Source: the human T2T-CHM13v2.0 reference genome, Homo sapiens. From it: a stretch of DNA of 64,000 bases. A program made the position numbers and the translations under genes. The notes under the pieces are model-generated. The model made no database searches and was not told the DNA's origin. It worked only from the letters and a program-made list of their open reading frames with translations. Where the stretch lies: assembly GCF_009914755.1 (NCBI RefSeq), contig NC_060927.1, one strand, 5' to 3'. Positions 1 through 13,790 of the stretch are shown here, in pieces; within the stretch, counting starts at the first letter, position 1; every line of letters starts with the position of its first letter.

Positions 1-3000
1 AACAAACAAAGTCTCCAAGAAATAAAGGATTATGTAAAGTGGCCAAACCTAAGAATAATTGATGTTCCTGAGGGAGAAGAAAAAGCAAAAAGTTTTGAAA
101 ACTTATTTGAGGGAATAATTAAGGAAAACTTCTCTGGCCTTGCTAGACATTTACATATACAAATATAAGAAGCTCAAAGTACTCCCGGGAGATTAATCAT
201 AAAAAAATACTTTAGCAAGGATTATAGTCATCAGTGTATCCAAAGTCAATGAGAAAAAAAGAATACTGAGAAGAGTGAGACAAAAGCACCAGGTAATCTA
301 TAAAGGAAAACCTATCAGACTAACAGCAGACTTGTTACCAAAAAACCCTGCAAGTCAGAAGAGGCTAGGTTCCTATCTTTAGCCTCCATAAACAGAATAA
401 CTCTTAGCCAATAAGACATGAAGGAAAAATAGAGTCATTTTTAACAAACAAATGCTGAGGGAATTTATTACTACTAGAACAGCCCTACAGGAAATGCTAA
501 AGAGAGTTCTAAATCCTGAAGTAAAGAGTATTCACCAATATAGACTCTCTTGAAGGCATAAAACTCACAGGGCCTAAAAAATAAAAACACAGTGAAGAAA
601 TCAAAGTATCTGGGTAATAACTAACATAATGACTGGAACAGTTCCTAAATCTCAGTATTAATGCTGAATATGAATGGCCTAAATGCTCCAGTTAAAAGAT
701 ACAGATTGGCAGAATGGATTAAAAAAAAAATCACGAGCCAAATATCTGCTATCTTCAAGAGACTCACCTAACATGCTAGGATTTATATAAACTCAAAATA
801 AAGGGGTGGAGAAAGATATGCCAGGTAAATGGAAACCAGAACTATAATCTAGAACAAATGGACCTAACAGGTATTTTCAGAACATTCTACCCAAGAACTA
901 CAGAATATACATCCTTCTCATCAGCAAATGGAACATTCTCCAAGATAGACCATACGAAAGGCCACAATACAAGTCTCAATAAATTTAAAATTATCAAAAT
1001 CATATCAAGTATCTTCTCAGACCACAGTGGAATGAAACGAGAATAAACTACAAAAGGAACCCTCAAACCTATAGAAATACATGGAAATTAAGCCACTTGC
1101 TCCTGAATGATTTTTGGGTTAATGATAAATTCAGGATCAAAATTTAAAAATTCATTGAAATGAATAACAATAGAGATACAAGCTATCACAAATTTACAAC
1201 TTAATGTCACACCTGAAGAAACTTGAGAAACAAGAACAAACTAAACCTGAAGCTAGCAGAAGGAAATAAATAACAAAGAGCAGAAATAAATTGAAACAAA
1301 AAAGTAGAAAAAGCAATGAAACAAAACTTGGTTTTTTGAAAAGACAGACAAAATTGTTAGACAATTAGCTAGATTAACCAAGAAAAGAAGAGAAGATTCA
1401 AATAAATTCAATTATAAATGAAACTAGAGACATTACAGTTTATGGTACAGAAATGCAAAAGATTATTTGAGACTACTATGAACACCTCTATGCATGCAAA
1501 CTAGAAAATCTAGAGGAAATGGATAAATTCCTGCAAACATGCAACCCTCCTGGATGAAGTCAGAAATAAATAGAAACTGTGAACAGATGAATAACATGCA
1601 GTGAGATTGAATCAGTAATTTAAAAATTGCCAAGGAAAACAAAAATCCTAGGGCCAGATGGATTCAGAGGTGAATTCTACCAGAGATTAAAAGAAGAATT
1701 TGTGCTGCTCCTAACTGAAACTATTTGAGAAGATTCAGAAAAAGGGAATCCTTCCCAACTCAATTTATAAAGCCAGTATCACCCTTATACCAAAACCAGG
1801 AAACGACATCATAACAACAAAAAAACTACAGACCAATATGCCTGATGAACATAGATGCAAAATTCCTCAACAAAATTCCAGCAGCAGCTCAAAAAGGTAA
1901 TATATCATGATCAAGTGGGTTTTATCCAAGGACAGCAGGGATGGCTTAACATGTGCAAATCAATAAATGTGTTATATCACATAAACAGAATTTAAAACAA
2001 AATCCACAGGAACACCTCAATAGATGCAGAAAAACATTCAATAAAATCCTGCATCCATTTATGATAAAAACACTCAATAAACTAGGAATAGAAAGGACTT
2101 ACCTCAAAATAATAAAAGCCATATATGACAAACCCAAAGCCAAATTTTCCCCATATTACTGAATGGGGAAAAGTTCAAAGCATTCCCCTTGAGAAATGGA
2201 ACAAGACAAGGATGCCCACTTTCACCACTTATAGTCAATATAGTACTGGAAATCCTATCCACAGCAATCAGGCAACAGAAAGAAATAATGAGCATCCAAA
2301 TGGGAAGTCAAATTATCACTATTTACCCATGATGTGATTTTATAGCTAGAAAACCCTAAAGATTCCTTCAGAAGACCCCTAGATTTGATGAACAAATTCA
2401 GTAAAGCCTCAGATTACAAAATCAATGTGCACAAATCAGTAGCATGGCTATGCACTAACAGTGACCAGGCTGATAATCAAATTAAGAGCTCAATCCATTT
2501 TACAACAGCTGCGAGTTAAAAAAAAAACAAAAAACAAAAAAGAACCTGGAAGTATACTTAACCCAGGAGGTTAAAGATGTCTACAAGGAGAACTGCAAAA
2601 CACTGCTGAAAGAAATCACAGATGACACAAGCCAGTGGAAACACATCTTATGCTCATTAATTGGAAAAATTAATATTATGAAAATGATTGTACTGCCCAT
2701 AGCAATTTACAGATTCAATGCAATTCCTTTCAAGATACCAATATCACTTTTCACAAATAGCAAAAACAATTCTAAAATTCGTATAGAAACAAAAGAGAGC
2801 CTGAATAGCCAAAGCAATTCTGAAAAAAGAACAAATCTGGAGGCATCACATTACTTGACTTCAAATTACAGTAGAAAGATATAGTTATCCAAACAGCATG
2901 GTACTGGTATGAAAGCAGGGACATAGACAAATGGAACAGAATAGAGAACCCCGAAATAAAGCCAAATACTTAAAACCAACTGACCTTTGATAAAGCATAC

Positions 3001-4078
3001 ACAAACATAAATTGGGGAAATGACACCCTATTTAATAAACGATGCTGGGAAAATTGGCTAGTCACATGTAGAAGAATTAAACCAGATCCTTGTCTCTAAC
3101 CGTATACAAAAATCAACTCAAGATGGATCAAATACTTAAATCTAAGACAGGAAACTGTTAAAATTCTAGAAGATAACCAAAGAAAACTCTTCTGGATACT
3201 GGGCTAGGCAAAGAATTCATGACTAAGAACCCAGAAGCAAATGCAACAAATAGAAAAATAAATAAATAAATAGGACCTAATTTAACTAGTATAGTAAAAG
3301 TAACAATCATCTGAGTAAACATACAGCCCACAAAATGGGAGAAAATATTCACAAACTATGCATCTAACAAAGAACTAATATCTAGAATCTACAAGAAACT
3401 CAAACAAATTGCAAAACAATTAATAATCTTATCTAAAGGTGGTCAATGATATGAACTGACACTTCTCAAAAGGTATGCAAATGGCCAACAAATATATGAA
3501 AAAATGTTCAACATCACTAATCACTGGGGAAATACAAATTTAAACCACAAAAAGATATCATTTTACTCTTGCAAGAATGACCATTATCAAAAAGCCAAAA
3601 AAGAATAGTTGTTGGCATGGATGTGGTGAAATGAGATCGCTTGTATACTGCTGGTGGTAATGTCAGTTAGTACAACCTGTATGGAAAACATTGTAGAGAC
3701 TTTTTAAAAATTATTTTTTCTGAAACAGAGTCTTGTTCCATTGCCCAGGCTGGAGTGCAGTGGTGATTACAGCTCACTGTAGCCTCGACCTCCTGGGGTC
3801 AAGTATTCCTCCTGCCTCAGTCTCCCAAGTAGCTGGGGCTAGAGACACATGCCACCACACCCAGCTAATTTGTTTGTTTTTTTGTTTGTTTATTTTTAGA
3901 GATGTGGTTTCCCATGTTGTCCAGGCTGGTCTAGAACTCCTGGGCTCAAGCAATACATCAATCTTGGCCTCCCAAAATGCTTGGATTACAGGCTTGAGCC
4001 ACCATGCTCAGCTGAGATTTCTTAAAGAATGAAAAGTAGATCTACCATTCAATCTAACTATCCCACTACTGAGTATAT
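1..4078 (+). mobile_element. Old LINE-1 (L1PB-like): ORF1 3' part plus degraded ORF2, internal deletions, interrupted by an AluJ, 3' end missing
   Basis: ORF fragments MDLTGIFRTFYPRTTEYTSFSSANGTFSKIDH (endonuclease), [14 protein letters not shown] (RT region) and AIYRFNAIP. Colinear with the L1 copy at 45.8-48.9 kb. Many stops and frameshifts. Confidence 0.95.
3711..4013 (-). mobile_element. AluJ inserted in the L1
   Basis: Dimeric Alu on the minus strand with J-type GAACTCCTGGGCTCAAG. Degenerate TSD GAGACTTTTTAAAAA (3696-3710) / GAGATTTCTTAAAGAA (4014-4029). Confidence 0.93.
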
Positions 4079-4859
4079 GGGAAAAAGAAAAATTAATCCA
4101 ACTCAAGATGAGCATTCTATTCCTTGTGAAGGAGATAATTTTTACAAAAGATAAAACTTCACATTTTGAAAAAAAAATTTCTGTATTTCTATTTCTTTCT
4201 CAACAGAATATTATTTTTACTTAAAAATCCTGATTTTTTCCTGTTCTGTTGTAATATCTTGCATTATATAATTATATTCTTAAATAGTTCAGTATTTATC
4301 ACAGGAGTACATTGCCTAACTTAACATGTAACATTTTCACTTTACAACTCTTCAAGTATTTACTTTAAGGGTATTAGGTACTTCCTTTTGTATACATCAT
4401 GGTACAAGGTAAAAATATTATTTTTGAAATGTTAATTTCCAAAAATAAATTAATTTGAAGTAACTTTATGATTTAGATTACATTGGTACCATTGATAGCT
4501 AACTTTTCACCTTTTTGCACATGGAACATATTTGTCTTAAATTCTAATTTTAGTACAAATCATTGAGACACCAACAGTAGGATAATTTTTAATTTAACTT
4601 CATATATACTCAAATACATAAAAATCCATTGATTTATTATTTTAAAACATATTTTTGTCAGGTAAGCATTTTAGTGCTTAATATTCTGAAATGACACCAA
4701 AACTTTCAAAGTTTTATTATAATAATTATATATTATAAAAATGTTAAATTCACTGAGCTTTTAAAATAAGATTTTTAACCTCACAGTAGTAAATTTGAAA
4801 CTTATTTAGATCTTAGTGGTTATCTACTTTAGAAAGATATATAGAAAATGACAGCTATA

Positions 4860-4985
4860 TGAGATTGCTGACATGTTAATTAGTTTAATTTTAATAATCA
4901 TTTCACAATGTATACATATGTCAAAATATCATGTACATCATTAATATATATAATTTTGTCTATTATACTTTATTAAGCTGGGAGA
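4860..4985 (+). mobile_element. Ancient L1M 3'-end fragment
   Basis: ATGTTAATTAG...AATCATTTCACAATGTATACATATGTCAAAA...TTATACTTTATTAAGCTGGG resembles L1MB/MC/ME 3' termini. Confidence 0.6.
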
Positions 4986-5001
4986 GAATAAGAAGAAAAT
5001 T

Positions 5002-5868
5002 AAGAGCAACAAAATCCAGTCTATCATTGTTGGACATTTGGGTTGGTTCCAAGTCTTTGCTATTGTGAATAGTGCCACAATAAACATACGTGTGCATGTG
5101 TCTTTATAGCAACATGATTTATAATCCTTTGGATACATACCCAGTAATGGGATGGCTGGGTCTAATGGTATTTCTAGTTCTAGATCCCTGAGGAATTGCC
5201 ACACTGTCTTCCACAATGGTTGAACTAGTCTACAGTCCCACCAACAGTGTAAAAGTGTTCCTATTTCTCCACATCCTCTCCAGCACCTGTTGTTTCCTGA
5301 CTTTTTAATGATTGCCATTCTAACTGGTGTGAGATGGTATCTCATGATAGACTGGATTAAGAAAATGTGGCACATATACACCATGGAATACTATGCAGCC
5401 ATAAAATATGATGAGTTCATGTCCTTTGTAGGGACATGGATGAAGCTGGAAACCATCATTCTCAGCAAACTATCACAAGGACAAAAAACCAAACACCGCA
5501 TGTTCTCACTCATAGGTGGGAATTGAATAATGAGAACACCTGGACACAGGAAGGGGAACATCACACACCGGGGCCTGTTGTGGGGTGGGAGGAGGGGTGA
5601 GGGATAGCATTAGGAGATATACTTAATGTTAAATGACGAGTTAATGAGTGCAGCACACCTACATGGCACATGTATACATATGTAACAAACCTGAACGTTG
5701 TGCACATGTACCCTAGAACTTAAAGTATAATAAAAATATATATATACATATATATACACATATATATACATATATACACACATATATACACATATATACA
5801 CATATACATATATACACATACGTACATATATACACATATATACATATATATATAAAAGAGCTACAAAA
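5002..5868 (+). mobile_element. 5'-truncated, 5'-inverted L1PA (about L1PA4) with TSD
   Basis: 5013-5345 is antisense ORF2 C-terminus ([27 protein letters not shown]). 5344-5736 is the sense ORF2 end and 3'UTR. TSD AAGAGCAACAAAA (5002-5014) / AAGAGCTACAAAA (5856-5868). Confidence 0.95.
5737..5853. repeat. (TA/CA)n compound microsatellite replacing the L1 poly(A) tail
   Basis: TATATACA/CACATATA units lie directly between the L1 AATAATAAAAA end and the 3' TSD. Confidence 0.92.
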
Positions 5869-8099
5869 AAAGTCAAATAGTCAAACAACGAACAAAGATA
5901 TGCAGGATACATATTTAAGTCAAAACAAAAATAAACAATCCAACAAATATTAACAGATCATCTGTTATATTCCACATATGATACTCAGCACTTACATCAC
6001 ACCTAATAATTGGGAAATATAATTTCGCTCATAAGTATCTTAAAATAAAGCTTCAAAAATATAACTCAATACATAACATAGCAACATAAAGTGCTAAGGA
6101 TTTTTAAATAAATTTTTCAGTAGAATAATACCAAACAAGAGAAATGAGTTAATCTAAGAGTAGTTGATGGGCCATAATGAAGTGGGGACTGAGACATTAA
6201 AGACTAAGTGATTTGTATTTAACAAAAAATGAAAATAAAGCCAATAGATACAATTATTTTGGTTAACTCTTCATTATTATACATGCATGCAAATTTTTTT
6301 ATTAAATGACACAAAGAAATTCTCTAAAATATTTTGTGTTACTATTCCTGGATTTTATTGTCTTTGATTCATTCATATTGCACAATGTACAAATGTCCAT
6401 GCTTCCTAAAGACTCAAGAAAAAAATAAACAATATAAGCTTAGGGGTATCACCAAGTTGACTAGAGGAAGTTTGACCTGGTATCTATTATCCTTGAAACC
6501 ACCAATGGCAATAAAACTCCATTCAGTGGACCATCAGGGTGCATAAACTGCAGGCCTAATTTGAATGTAATAGCTGAACGCCGCCACTCATGACTGGCTA
6601 GCTTAGAAAGTTTTCCCCAATTATTTTCAATAACCTGAAAGTAAAGTCATCCTGCAATTTAAGTGAATGGATACTCTGTTCCTTACTTATCAAGTTACAG
6701 TAAAGTTTTATCTTATTGTGGCATCTCCTCAGTACATCACTTGCAATTTTCTGGGGGATGAAACAATATTTTCTGTTAAGTAAAATGACTAAAAAAATTC
6801 TACTCAAAAATTTTAGGAGTTTAGCCATGTGAGAAAGAATTTTATCTGAAAATCATTTCATAGTAAAGCTTCTCCTACATTTGCAGATAACTTTACATGG
6901 ATTAAATCAATAACATGCTTCTGAATACCAAGTGTAAAAATTATCACATATTTGATGAAACTGACTTCAAAATGTTCAAATTCTGTTAAGTCTAATTTTA
7001 GGAAAGTATTCTTATTTGTAAATGTTTTAAACAATCAGTGCAAGATTCCACCTAATTTAAATTTTATTTGGTGGAGGATTACTTTCTCTTTTATCTTTCT
7101 TTTTTAAAATCACTTTCTAAAGCGACTATTACCATGGTCACAGTTATATTCTGCAACATGAGCAAAAACATTTTTAACTTAGAAATGTGTCCAGTACTAT
7201 CTGTAAAGTCATTAAATATAGACAGTCTTACTAGTAACTTTTTTGTACTCCCTAGGTTTTTCTCTAATGATGAAGAACAGGGTGTGATTTCACTGGAATA
7301 TGGTGATTACAATATTCTCTTACCTGATAAACATGACATGCTATAAATTTGATTGTGTAAAGTTAGAAAAGTTCTACACTTTATCTCATTATATCTTTTC
7401 CTGTAGCTACTCTACTGAAATAAAACCTTCAGTTTTTATATGCACAACTTTTCCATCACTCAAAATCAACTTAAAACTATAAATGTCCTATTTACCATTG
7501 TAAGTTTGAAGAAGAGTCAGAAGCAGTTTACAACTAAGATGAGCTTGAGTTAAACGTTTTTAAGCATTTAATTATTAAATTATTAAATTTTTACACAAAA
7601 TTCCATACATATATACCTACACGTACTGCATCTTTAATAATTATTTAAATAGTTATTTGCAATAAAATCTTAGAAAATGGATTATTCAAGTATACAAGTA
7701 AATTCCACAGAAGTTAATCATCTATGCATCAGGGTTATTACATAACTATAATTATGACTTTCCTAGAAAAATGCTTCAGAGTTAAAATAACCAATATTTT
7801 GAAAAAAAAATTTAAAAAAATCCTCAGAGTAATAAAACATCTATTGAACTTCTTTCTCTAAAAATTGAAATGCACTTAAATTACAGAATCTCATAATTCA
7901 TGTGCAAAAAATACTCAACTATGAAGATTAAATGTTTGTTAAAGGGAAGAATTGGTGTTGGTGGAATAACCACAATAATCTACTTACTTTAAATTACAGG
8001 CTTGAGAAGAGATGAAACAGCTTCTCATCAAAGGTAATTCACGTTCAAATATCCATTCTGGGCAAGCCGAGTGCTCATCTACTTTCCCAGCTAAGATTC

Positions 8100-9472
8100 T
8101 GATGTCAGTGGCTGCTGCCATCGCGCTGACTGCTGCAGGGAGACAGGGTTGGGGCTGCACACTCCGTGGAGCCAGTGGAAGCCCCACCGCTTCTGAGTTG
8201 GGGCAGGAGCTCCCTAGATGCCTCTGCAGCCATCCAAACCATGGATACCGACCCAGGTGTCCTACTCTATGGAGCAGGCAGGAGCCCCACCCTCCTGGGT
8301 GGGGCTGCAGTTGCCCAAACTGTGGCTGTGGATGGGAGCCTCCCTAAGCTCTTGGTAGGGCGCCAGGAGCAGGCAGGGTCTGCCCTCCCAGGTGCAGCTG
8401 CAGCTGCCTCTCCTGTCTGCAGACCTGGGCCTCCAGCTCTAAGGAGAAGGCAGGAGCCCGGCCCAAACTGCTGCTGTGGATCTGAGCCTCCCTGTGCTCT
8501 TCAGGGTGGCTAAGAGCAGGCAGGATATTGCCTCTAGGGTGCAGCTGCAGACGGGGGCCTCTCACTCCACGGAGCAGGAAGGAGCCAGGGACAAACTGGA
8601 CACCCGTCCCTTCCAAGCTGACAGGGCAGGAGCACCCCAGGTGCAGCTGCGGCTGCCCTACCAGGTGCAGGACCCGGGCGTCTCTGCAGCCTTCACTCTC
8701 AGGGTCGGGGAAGGCCCCCAGTCCGGCTTGAGGATGTCTGCTCTCCCTGCCTGGCCTCTCTCCCCTCCAGGAACCTGCTCCAACCTCAAAGCAGGATAGA
8801 GGCTGAGCCCCGGGGCCATGAATGGCAGCTAGAGGAAAACAGATTCCTGGGCGGAAGTAGGCAGGTTCCCAGGAAGCCTCACCTTCAGGTCAGGGAGAGC
8901 CTGAAGGCTGGGGGCTCTGGGCCCACCCATGGCCGCCCATGGACCAATCAACGTGCACTTCCTCCCCTTGAGGTTCATAAAACGCTGGGCTTAGGCAGAG
9001 CAGAGCAGAGGATGGCCAGAGGATGAAGAAGGCAGAGAGAAGACAGGAGTACCAGCTGCAGAGAGGAGCTACTGCTTCTACTAATAGCTGGAGATGACGG
9101 AACAACCAGTTGCAGAGAGGAGCTATCCTCTCTGCTGAGAGCTGCAAAGACCACCTGCTGGCAGAGAGAAGCCACCCTCTCAGGGCCTCCTTTCCGCTGA
9201 GAGGTTGGGACAACCAGTTGCAAAGAGGAGCTACTCTCTCCAGGGCCTCCTCTCTGCTGAGAAATGAATACTTGATGGATGATCTACAGAGAGAAGCACT
9301 ATGGGACTTCTCTGAGTTGTTGTAACACTCAATAAACCTCATCTTCATCTTGTTCTCCCTTCACTTGTCTGCTTACTTCATTCTTCCTGGGTGCAGGACA
9401 AGAACTGTGCAAAGGCACTGTAGCCACAGAAGTTTCTGGCCAGAAAATTGATACCCCAAAGATCCCATTAAA
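8100..9472 (+). mobile_element. Solo LTR, MER52-like (ERV1)
   Basis: Starts TGATG..GGCTGCTGCCATC and ends CCACAGAAGTTTCTGGCCAGAAAA..GATCCCATTAAA. 4-bp TSD ATTC (8096-8099 / 9473-9476). GC-rich body, internal CCAG(C/T)TGCAGAGAGGAGCTA repeats, AATAAA at 9331. Confidence 0.85.
8941..9336 (+). promoter_or_regulatory. LTR promoter and polyadenylation signals: CCAAT box, TATA-like CATAAAA, AATAAA
   Basis: CCAAT 8944-8948, CATAAAA 8976-8982 and AATAAA 9331-9336 in U3-R order. Activity unknown. Confidence 0.5.
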
Positions 9473-9529
9473 ATTCCAGGAGCAAGACCTGTGTGCTGGA
9501 ATAAAACATGGGCGGCAAACTGAGGAGCT

Positions 9530-10395
9530 GTTCTAGACAATAAACTGTTTGAAATGGAGATTTACATGCAGGAAGTTATTGGCTGGAGTTCTCTCTGAGA
9601 AAATAAAAATGTAAGATAGTGAGGGGATTAGGATTAGGCAGAGGCAAAAATTTAACTGAATACACTAAAAATGGAGGCCTCAGAAAATTCTACAGGGAGC
9701 TTTGCTGAGTTGTTTCGATTACAGTAAGAGAGTCAGGTATGGGTCTTTGAATTCCACATATATTGCCCTTTGGACACAGTCTGCCCTGGTTAGGAATGCA
9801 AGGTTAAGTGAGACGCTATTTTCTTCAATGTGTAAGATAAACTTCTACAAGTCTCCAATGTTTCCGTGAGTCTTGTGAGTGAGACACTAATTTTTATTTT
9901 TTTTTTGGACTATCTTTCCAAGGATGTTACTATAGTAAACATTCTTGGAAGATAGAGATTGTATCTCCCTCTGGAGCAAAGAGCAAATATACTTACTGCC
10001 CAGTATAGTAAAGAGAATACTTCCAGCTAGAGCCAAGAACAAGCATGCTAATGCCTATTATAAAAGATTCAATTGTTGAGTCCTTTTATGTGATGCAACC
10101 CAATATATGTACATACATTATCTGTACTGCTTTATGTCACACTTTAAAAGTTGCTGTTGATATTTTGATTCCTGCTGTTACAATGAGTAATAATGTATCC
10201 TTTGTGTCTGAACCAGGAATCTTATGCCTTCTATTAGCAATTATGAAATTGTGGCAGGCTAACTTGCTAGCTTGAAAATAGAGTATAATTTCACACTTTT
10301 CAGGATTCTCGACAGTAGTTAGCAGCAAGCACACTTTTAGTAATTGGGTGAAGAAGTGTCTTGATCCTGGAAGGAAGACCTGTGCAGTGCATCTT
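9530..10395 (-). mobile_element. LTR16-like ERVL LTR, split by an LTR40-like insertion
   Basis: GGAGATTTACATGCAGGAAG...GGATTAGGCAGAGG...GAGGCCTCAGAAAATTCTACAGGGAGC resembles antisense LTR16. The element appears to resume after 10315. Confidence 0.55.
9829..10314 (+). mobile_element. Solo LTR, LTR40-like (ERVL)
   Basis: GGACTATCTTTCCAAGGATG..GGAAGATAGAG..CTCCCTCTGGAGCAAAG..TGTGGCAGGCTAACTTGCTAGCTTG..CTCGACA, with TG...CA ends. Confidence 0.7.
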
Positions 10396-10494
10396 GGAAT
10401 CCATCAAAACAGCCATGAGAAAATCTAGTAGTAAACATTCAGGGAAGAATCAAAATTTGTAATTTAGACTGATAGTGTAAAGAAAACACCAATA

Positions 10495-10606
10495 CAGAGA
10501 AATTCACCTCCATGATCCAATCACCTCCCACCAGGCCCCTCCTCCAACACTGAGCATTACAACTGGACATGAGATTTGACTGGGGATACAAATTGAAACC
10601 AGATTA
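10495..10606 (-). mobile_element. MST/THE1 MaLR LTR 5' fragment
   Basis: CATGATCCAATCACCTCCCACCAGGCCCCTCCTCCAACACTG..CATGAGATTTG matches an antisense MSTA-like start. Confidence 0.8.
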
Positions 10607-10876
10607 CTTACACATAATCAAATATTCATTTGAGTGCTAAGAATAGAATAATATCTTCTGAAATCCTGACTGATAGGTTTTTTCACCACAAAATTATAAC
10701 ATATCAAAAATAATTATATACATAAAAAGGAATGTCAGAAAAAGAATTAGGTGTTGAAAATATATTGACACTTTTATAGAACTATTTTATAATCTGTTTT
10801 TCTATTTGGAATAACTGATTTGGGTTGCGTGGGGTTTTTTTAATAAATATTGTAAAAAGTTAAGGTATTACTTAGT

Positions 10877-11198
<322 letters not shown>

Positions 11199-11423
11199 TT
11201 AGTATTTGTACATATAAAGAGAAGGGTTATATGCATTAATATTTCCCAAATAATAAAAAAGTAAAGTATTTAAATGAACTTTGAACTTAAATTGTGGAAA
11301 AAAATAGACAATGTGAGAAATAGGATATTGAACCTGAGAAAAGCTAATTATCATTTCTGTAGTGAAAATAAGTTTGTAATTACCCAACCAAAATTGTAAG
11401 GGAAACATTTTATTTCAAATTCC

Positions 11424-12019
11424 TGTGGTGGTTAATTTTTGCTGTGAACTTGACTTTTCATCAAATATTCTAGTTGTGTTATGAGGATGTTTCTAGATGA
11501 GATTAACATTTGAATTGGTAGAAGATTGTCCTCCCTAATGTAGGTGGACCTTATGCCATCAGTTGAAAAGCTGAATAGAACAAAAAGGGTAAGAGAGAAC
11601 TCTTCCTACCTGACTGTCTAATCTGGGAAAGCAGTGTTCTGCCCTTAAGTGGAACTTACACCATCCACTCTTGTCCTCAGGTCTTTGTATTCAGACTGCA
11701 ATTGCACCACTGATTCTCTTGGGGCTCCCATTTGCTGACTGCATATCTGGGGATTTCTTAGACTAAGGAATTATGTGGGTAATCCATCTCTTTATAATAA
11801 ATTATATGTGTGCAACTATACATAAGTACATATACAAATGATATCATAATATTATGGGGTATGTAAATTAAATTATAGAATAGAATACATAATATATATT
11901 ATATATCTTAATAGGCTATAATACTATGTATACACTTGTGTGTGTGTGTGTATATATATGTGTGTGTGTATATATATATATATCTTTATTATTGATTCCA
12001 TTTCTTTGGAAAACCCTAA
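11424..12019 (+). mobile_element. MLT2 (HERV-L-type) LTR with internal (TG/TA)n
   Basis: TGTGGTGGTTAATTTT..GATGAGATTAACATTTGAATTGG..GAATAGAACAAAAAGG..TTTCTTTGGAAAACCCTAAC. Confidence 0.8.
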
Positions 12020-13022
12020 CAGGCATATCTCAGAGGTATTGCAGGTTTGGTTCCAGACTACCACAATACAACTAACATAGTAATAAAGAAAATCACACAA
12101 ATTTTTTGGTTTTCCAATGCATATATGTTAGGTTGACATTACATTGTAGTCTATTAAGTTTGCAATAGCATTATGTGTACAAAAACAATGTACATACTTT
12201 AATTAAAAATACTTCATTGCCAAAAACGCTAATGTTCATCTTCGCCTTCACCAAGTCATAATCTTTTTGGTGGTGGATGGTCTTGCCTCTATGTTGACAG
12301 TTGCTGACTGATCAAGGTGATATTTGCTGAAGGCTGGGGTGTCTGTTGCAATTTCTGACAATACGACAACGATGAAATTTGTTGCTTCAATTGACTCTTT
12401 CTTTCATGAAAGATTTCTCAGTAGCATGTGATGCTGTTTAATGGCATTTTACCCATATTCTGAGATTGGGTCAATCCTCTTAAACCCTACTGCTCTCTTA
12501 TCAACTAAGTTTATGTTATATTCTAAATCTTGTGTTGTCATTGCAACAATGTTTCTAGCATCTTCACCAGGAGTATATTCCATCTCAAGAAACCACTTTC
12601 TTTGGTCATCCACAAAAAGCAATTCCTCATCCATTAAAACTTTATTAGGAGATTGAAGCAATTCAGTCACATATTCACATTTCACTTCTAATTCTAGCTC
12701 TTTTGCTATTTCCACCACATCTTCGTTACCTCTTCTACTGAAATCTTGAACCTCTCAAGGTCATCCATGAGAGGTGAAATCAACTTCTTTCAAATTCTTG
12801 TTTACGTTGATATTTTGACCTCCTCCCATGAATCATGAATGTCCTTAATGTCATCTAGAATGGTCAATCTGTTCCAGAAGGTTTTCAATTTAGTTTCCCA
12901 TCAGAGGAATCACTATCTATGGCAGCTACATCCTTAAAAAAATGTATTTGTTAAATAACAGAACTTGAAAGTTGAAATTACTCCTTGAGCCATGGGCTGC
13001 AGAATGTTAGAAGGCATAAAAA

Positions 13023-13790
13023 TGAGAATGAAAAAATGTATAAATACTTTTTATCTGAGGAATGTTTGACTTTTACATTTTAAGGCCCAAAGAGGCATTA
13101 AAAGCAGACAGCAACCATGTCCTACTTCCCATATTGAAACTGCTTATCTCTTGAAATTGCTTGTTAATGCTCGAAGTAGCTACAAATTAAGCTAAGAATG
13201 CCACATGCCAGATACTGTAACCCACTCTTTACAGCTCAACAATGTATGGCCAATCATGAATCAATGTTATTTCTGTAAACCAATGAGAATCCCTGACAAA
13301 TTTATATCAGTCTACTCAGTATTTCTTCTTTTACCTTTAGTTATATTTTATTTATTTATTGTTTGGGGGACAGAGTTTTGCCTTGTTTCCCAGTCTGGAG
13401 TGGCATGAATGCGGCTCACTATAGCCTCAGACTCCTGGTTTCAAATGAACTTCCTGCCTCAGCCTCCCAAATAGTTTGGACTACAGGCATGCACCTCCAC
13501 ACCCAGCTAATTTTTAAAATTTTGTAGAGATGGAGTCTCATCACACCCAGGCTGGTCTCAAACATCTGGGCTCAAGTAATCCCCTCACGCTGACCTTCCA
13601 AAGTGCTGAGATTACAGGCATGATTCGCCATGCCTGGCCTCTTTTGCCTTTAAAAACCTGGTTGTAAGGAAAGACAAATGGAGCACTCTCCAAGGCAACC
13701 TGAAAGTATGTCCAGGTAACTGTCCTCAACCTTGGCCTTTATAAACTCTCTATATTATTTTTTGCCCCAGCTTCTTGCCTTAGATATGTA
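13023..13790 (+). mobile_element. MER4-group ERV1 solo LTR (LTR24/LTR36/MER34-like) nested in Tigger1
   Basis: TG start, TTATCTGAGGAATG, CCAAT motifs, ATAAACTCTC near the end. Tigger1 resumes colinearly at about 13791. Confidence 0.7.
13341..13639 (-). mobile_element. AluJ nested in the LTR
   Basis: Diverged dimeric Alu. TSD TCTTTTACCTTTAG (13327-13340) / TCTTTTGCCTTTAA (13640-13653). Confidence 0.9.

Noticed and set aside
4941-5526. Overlapping ORFs on opposite strands
   Set aside because: An artefact of the L1 inversion junction, not host genes.
7984-9348. Cluster of overlapping 67-152 aa ORFs in GC-rich sequence
   Set aside because: They lie in or overlap the MER52-like LTR. High GC suppresses stops in all frames and no protein domain is recognisable.
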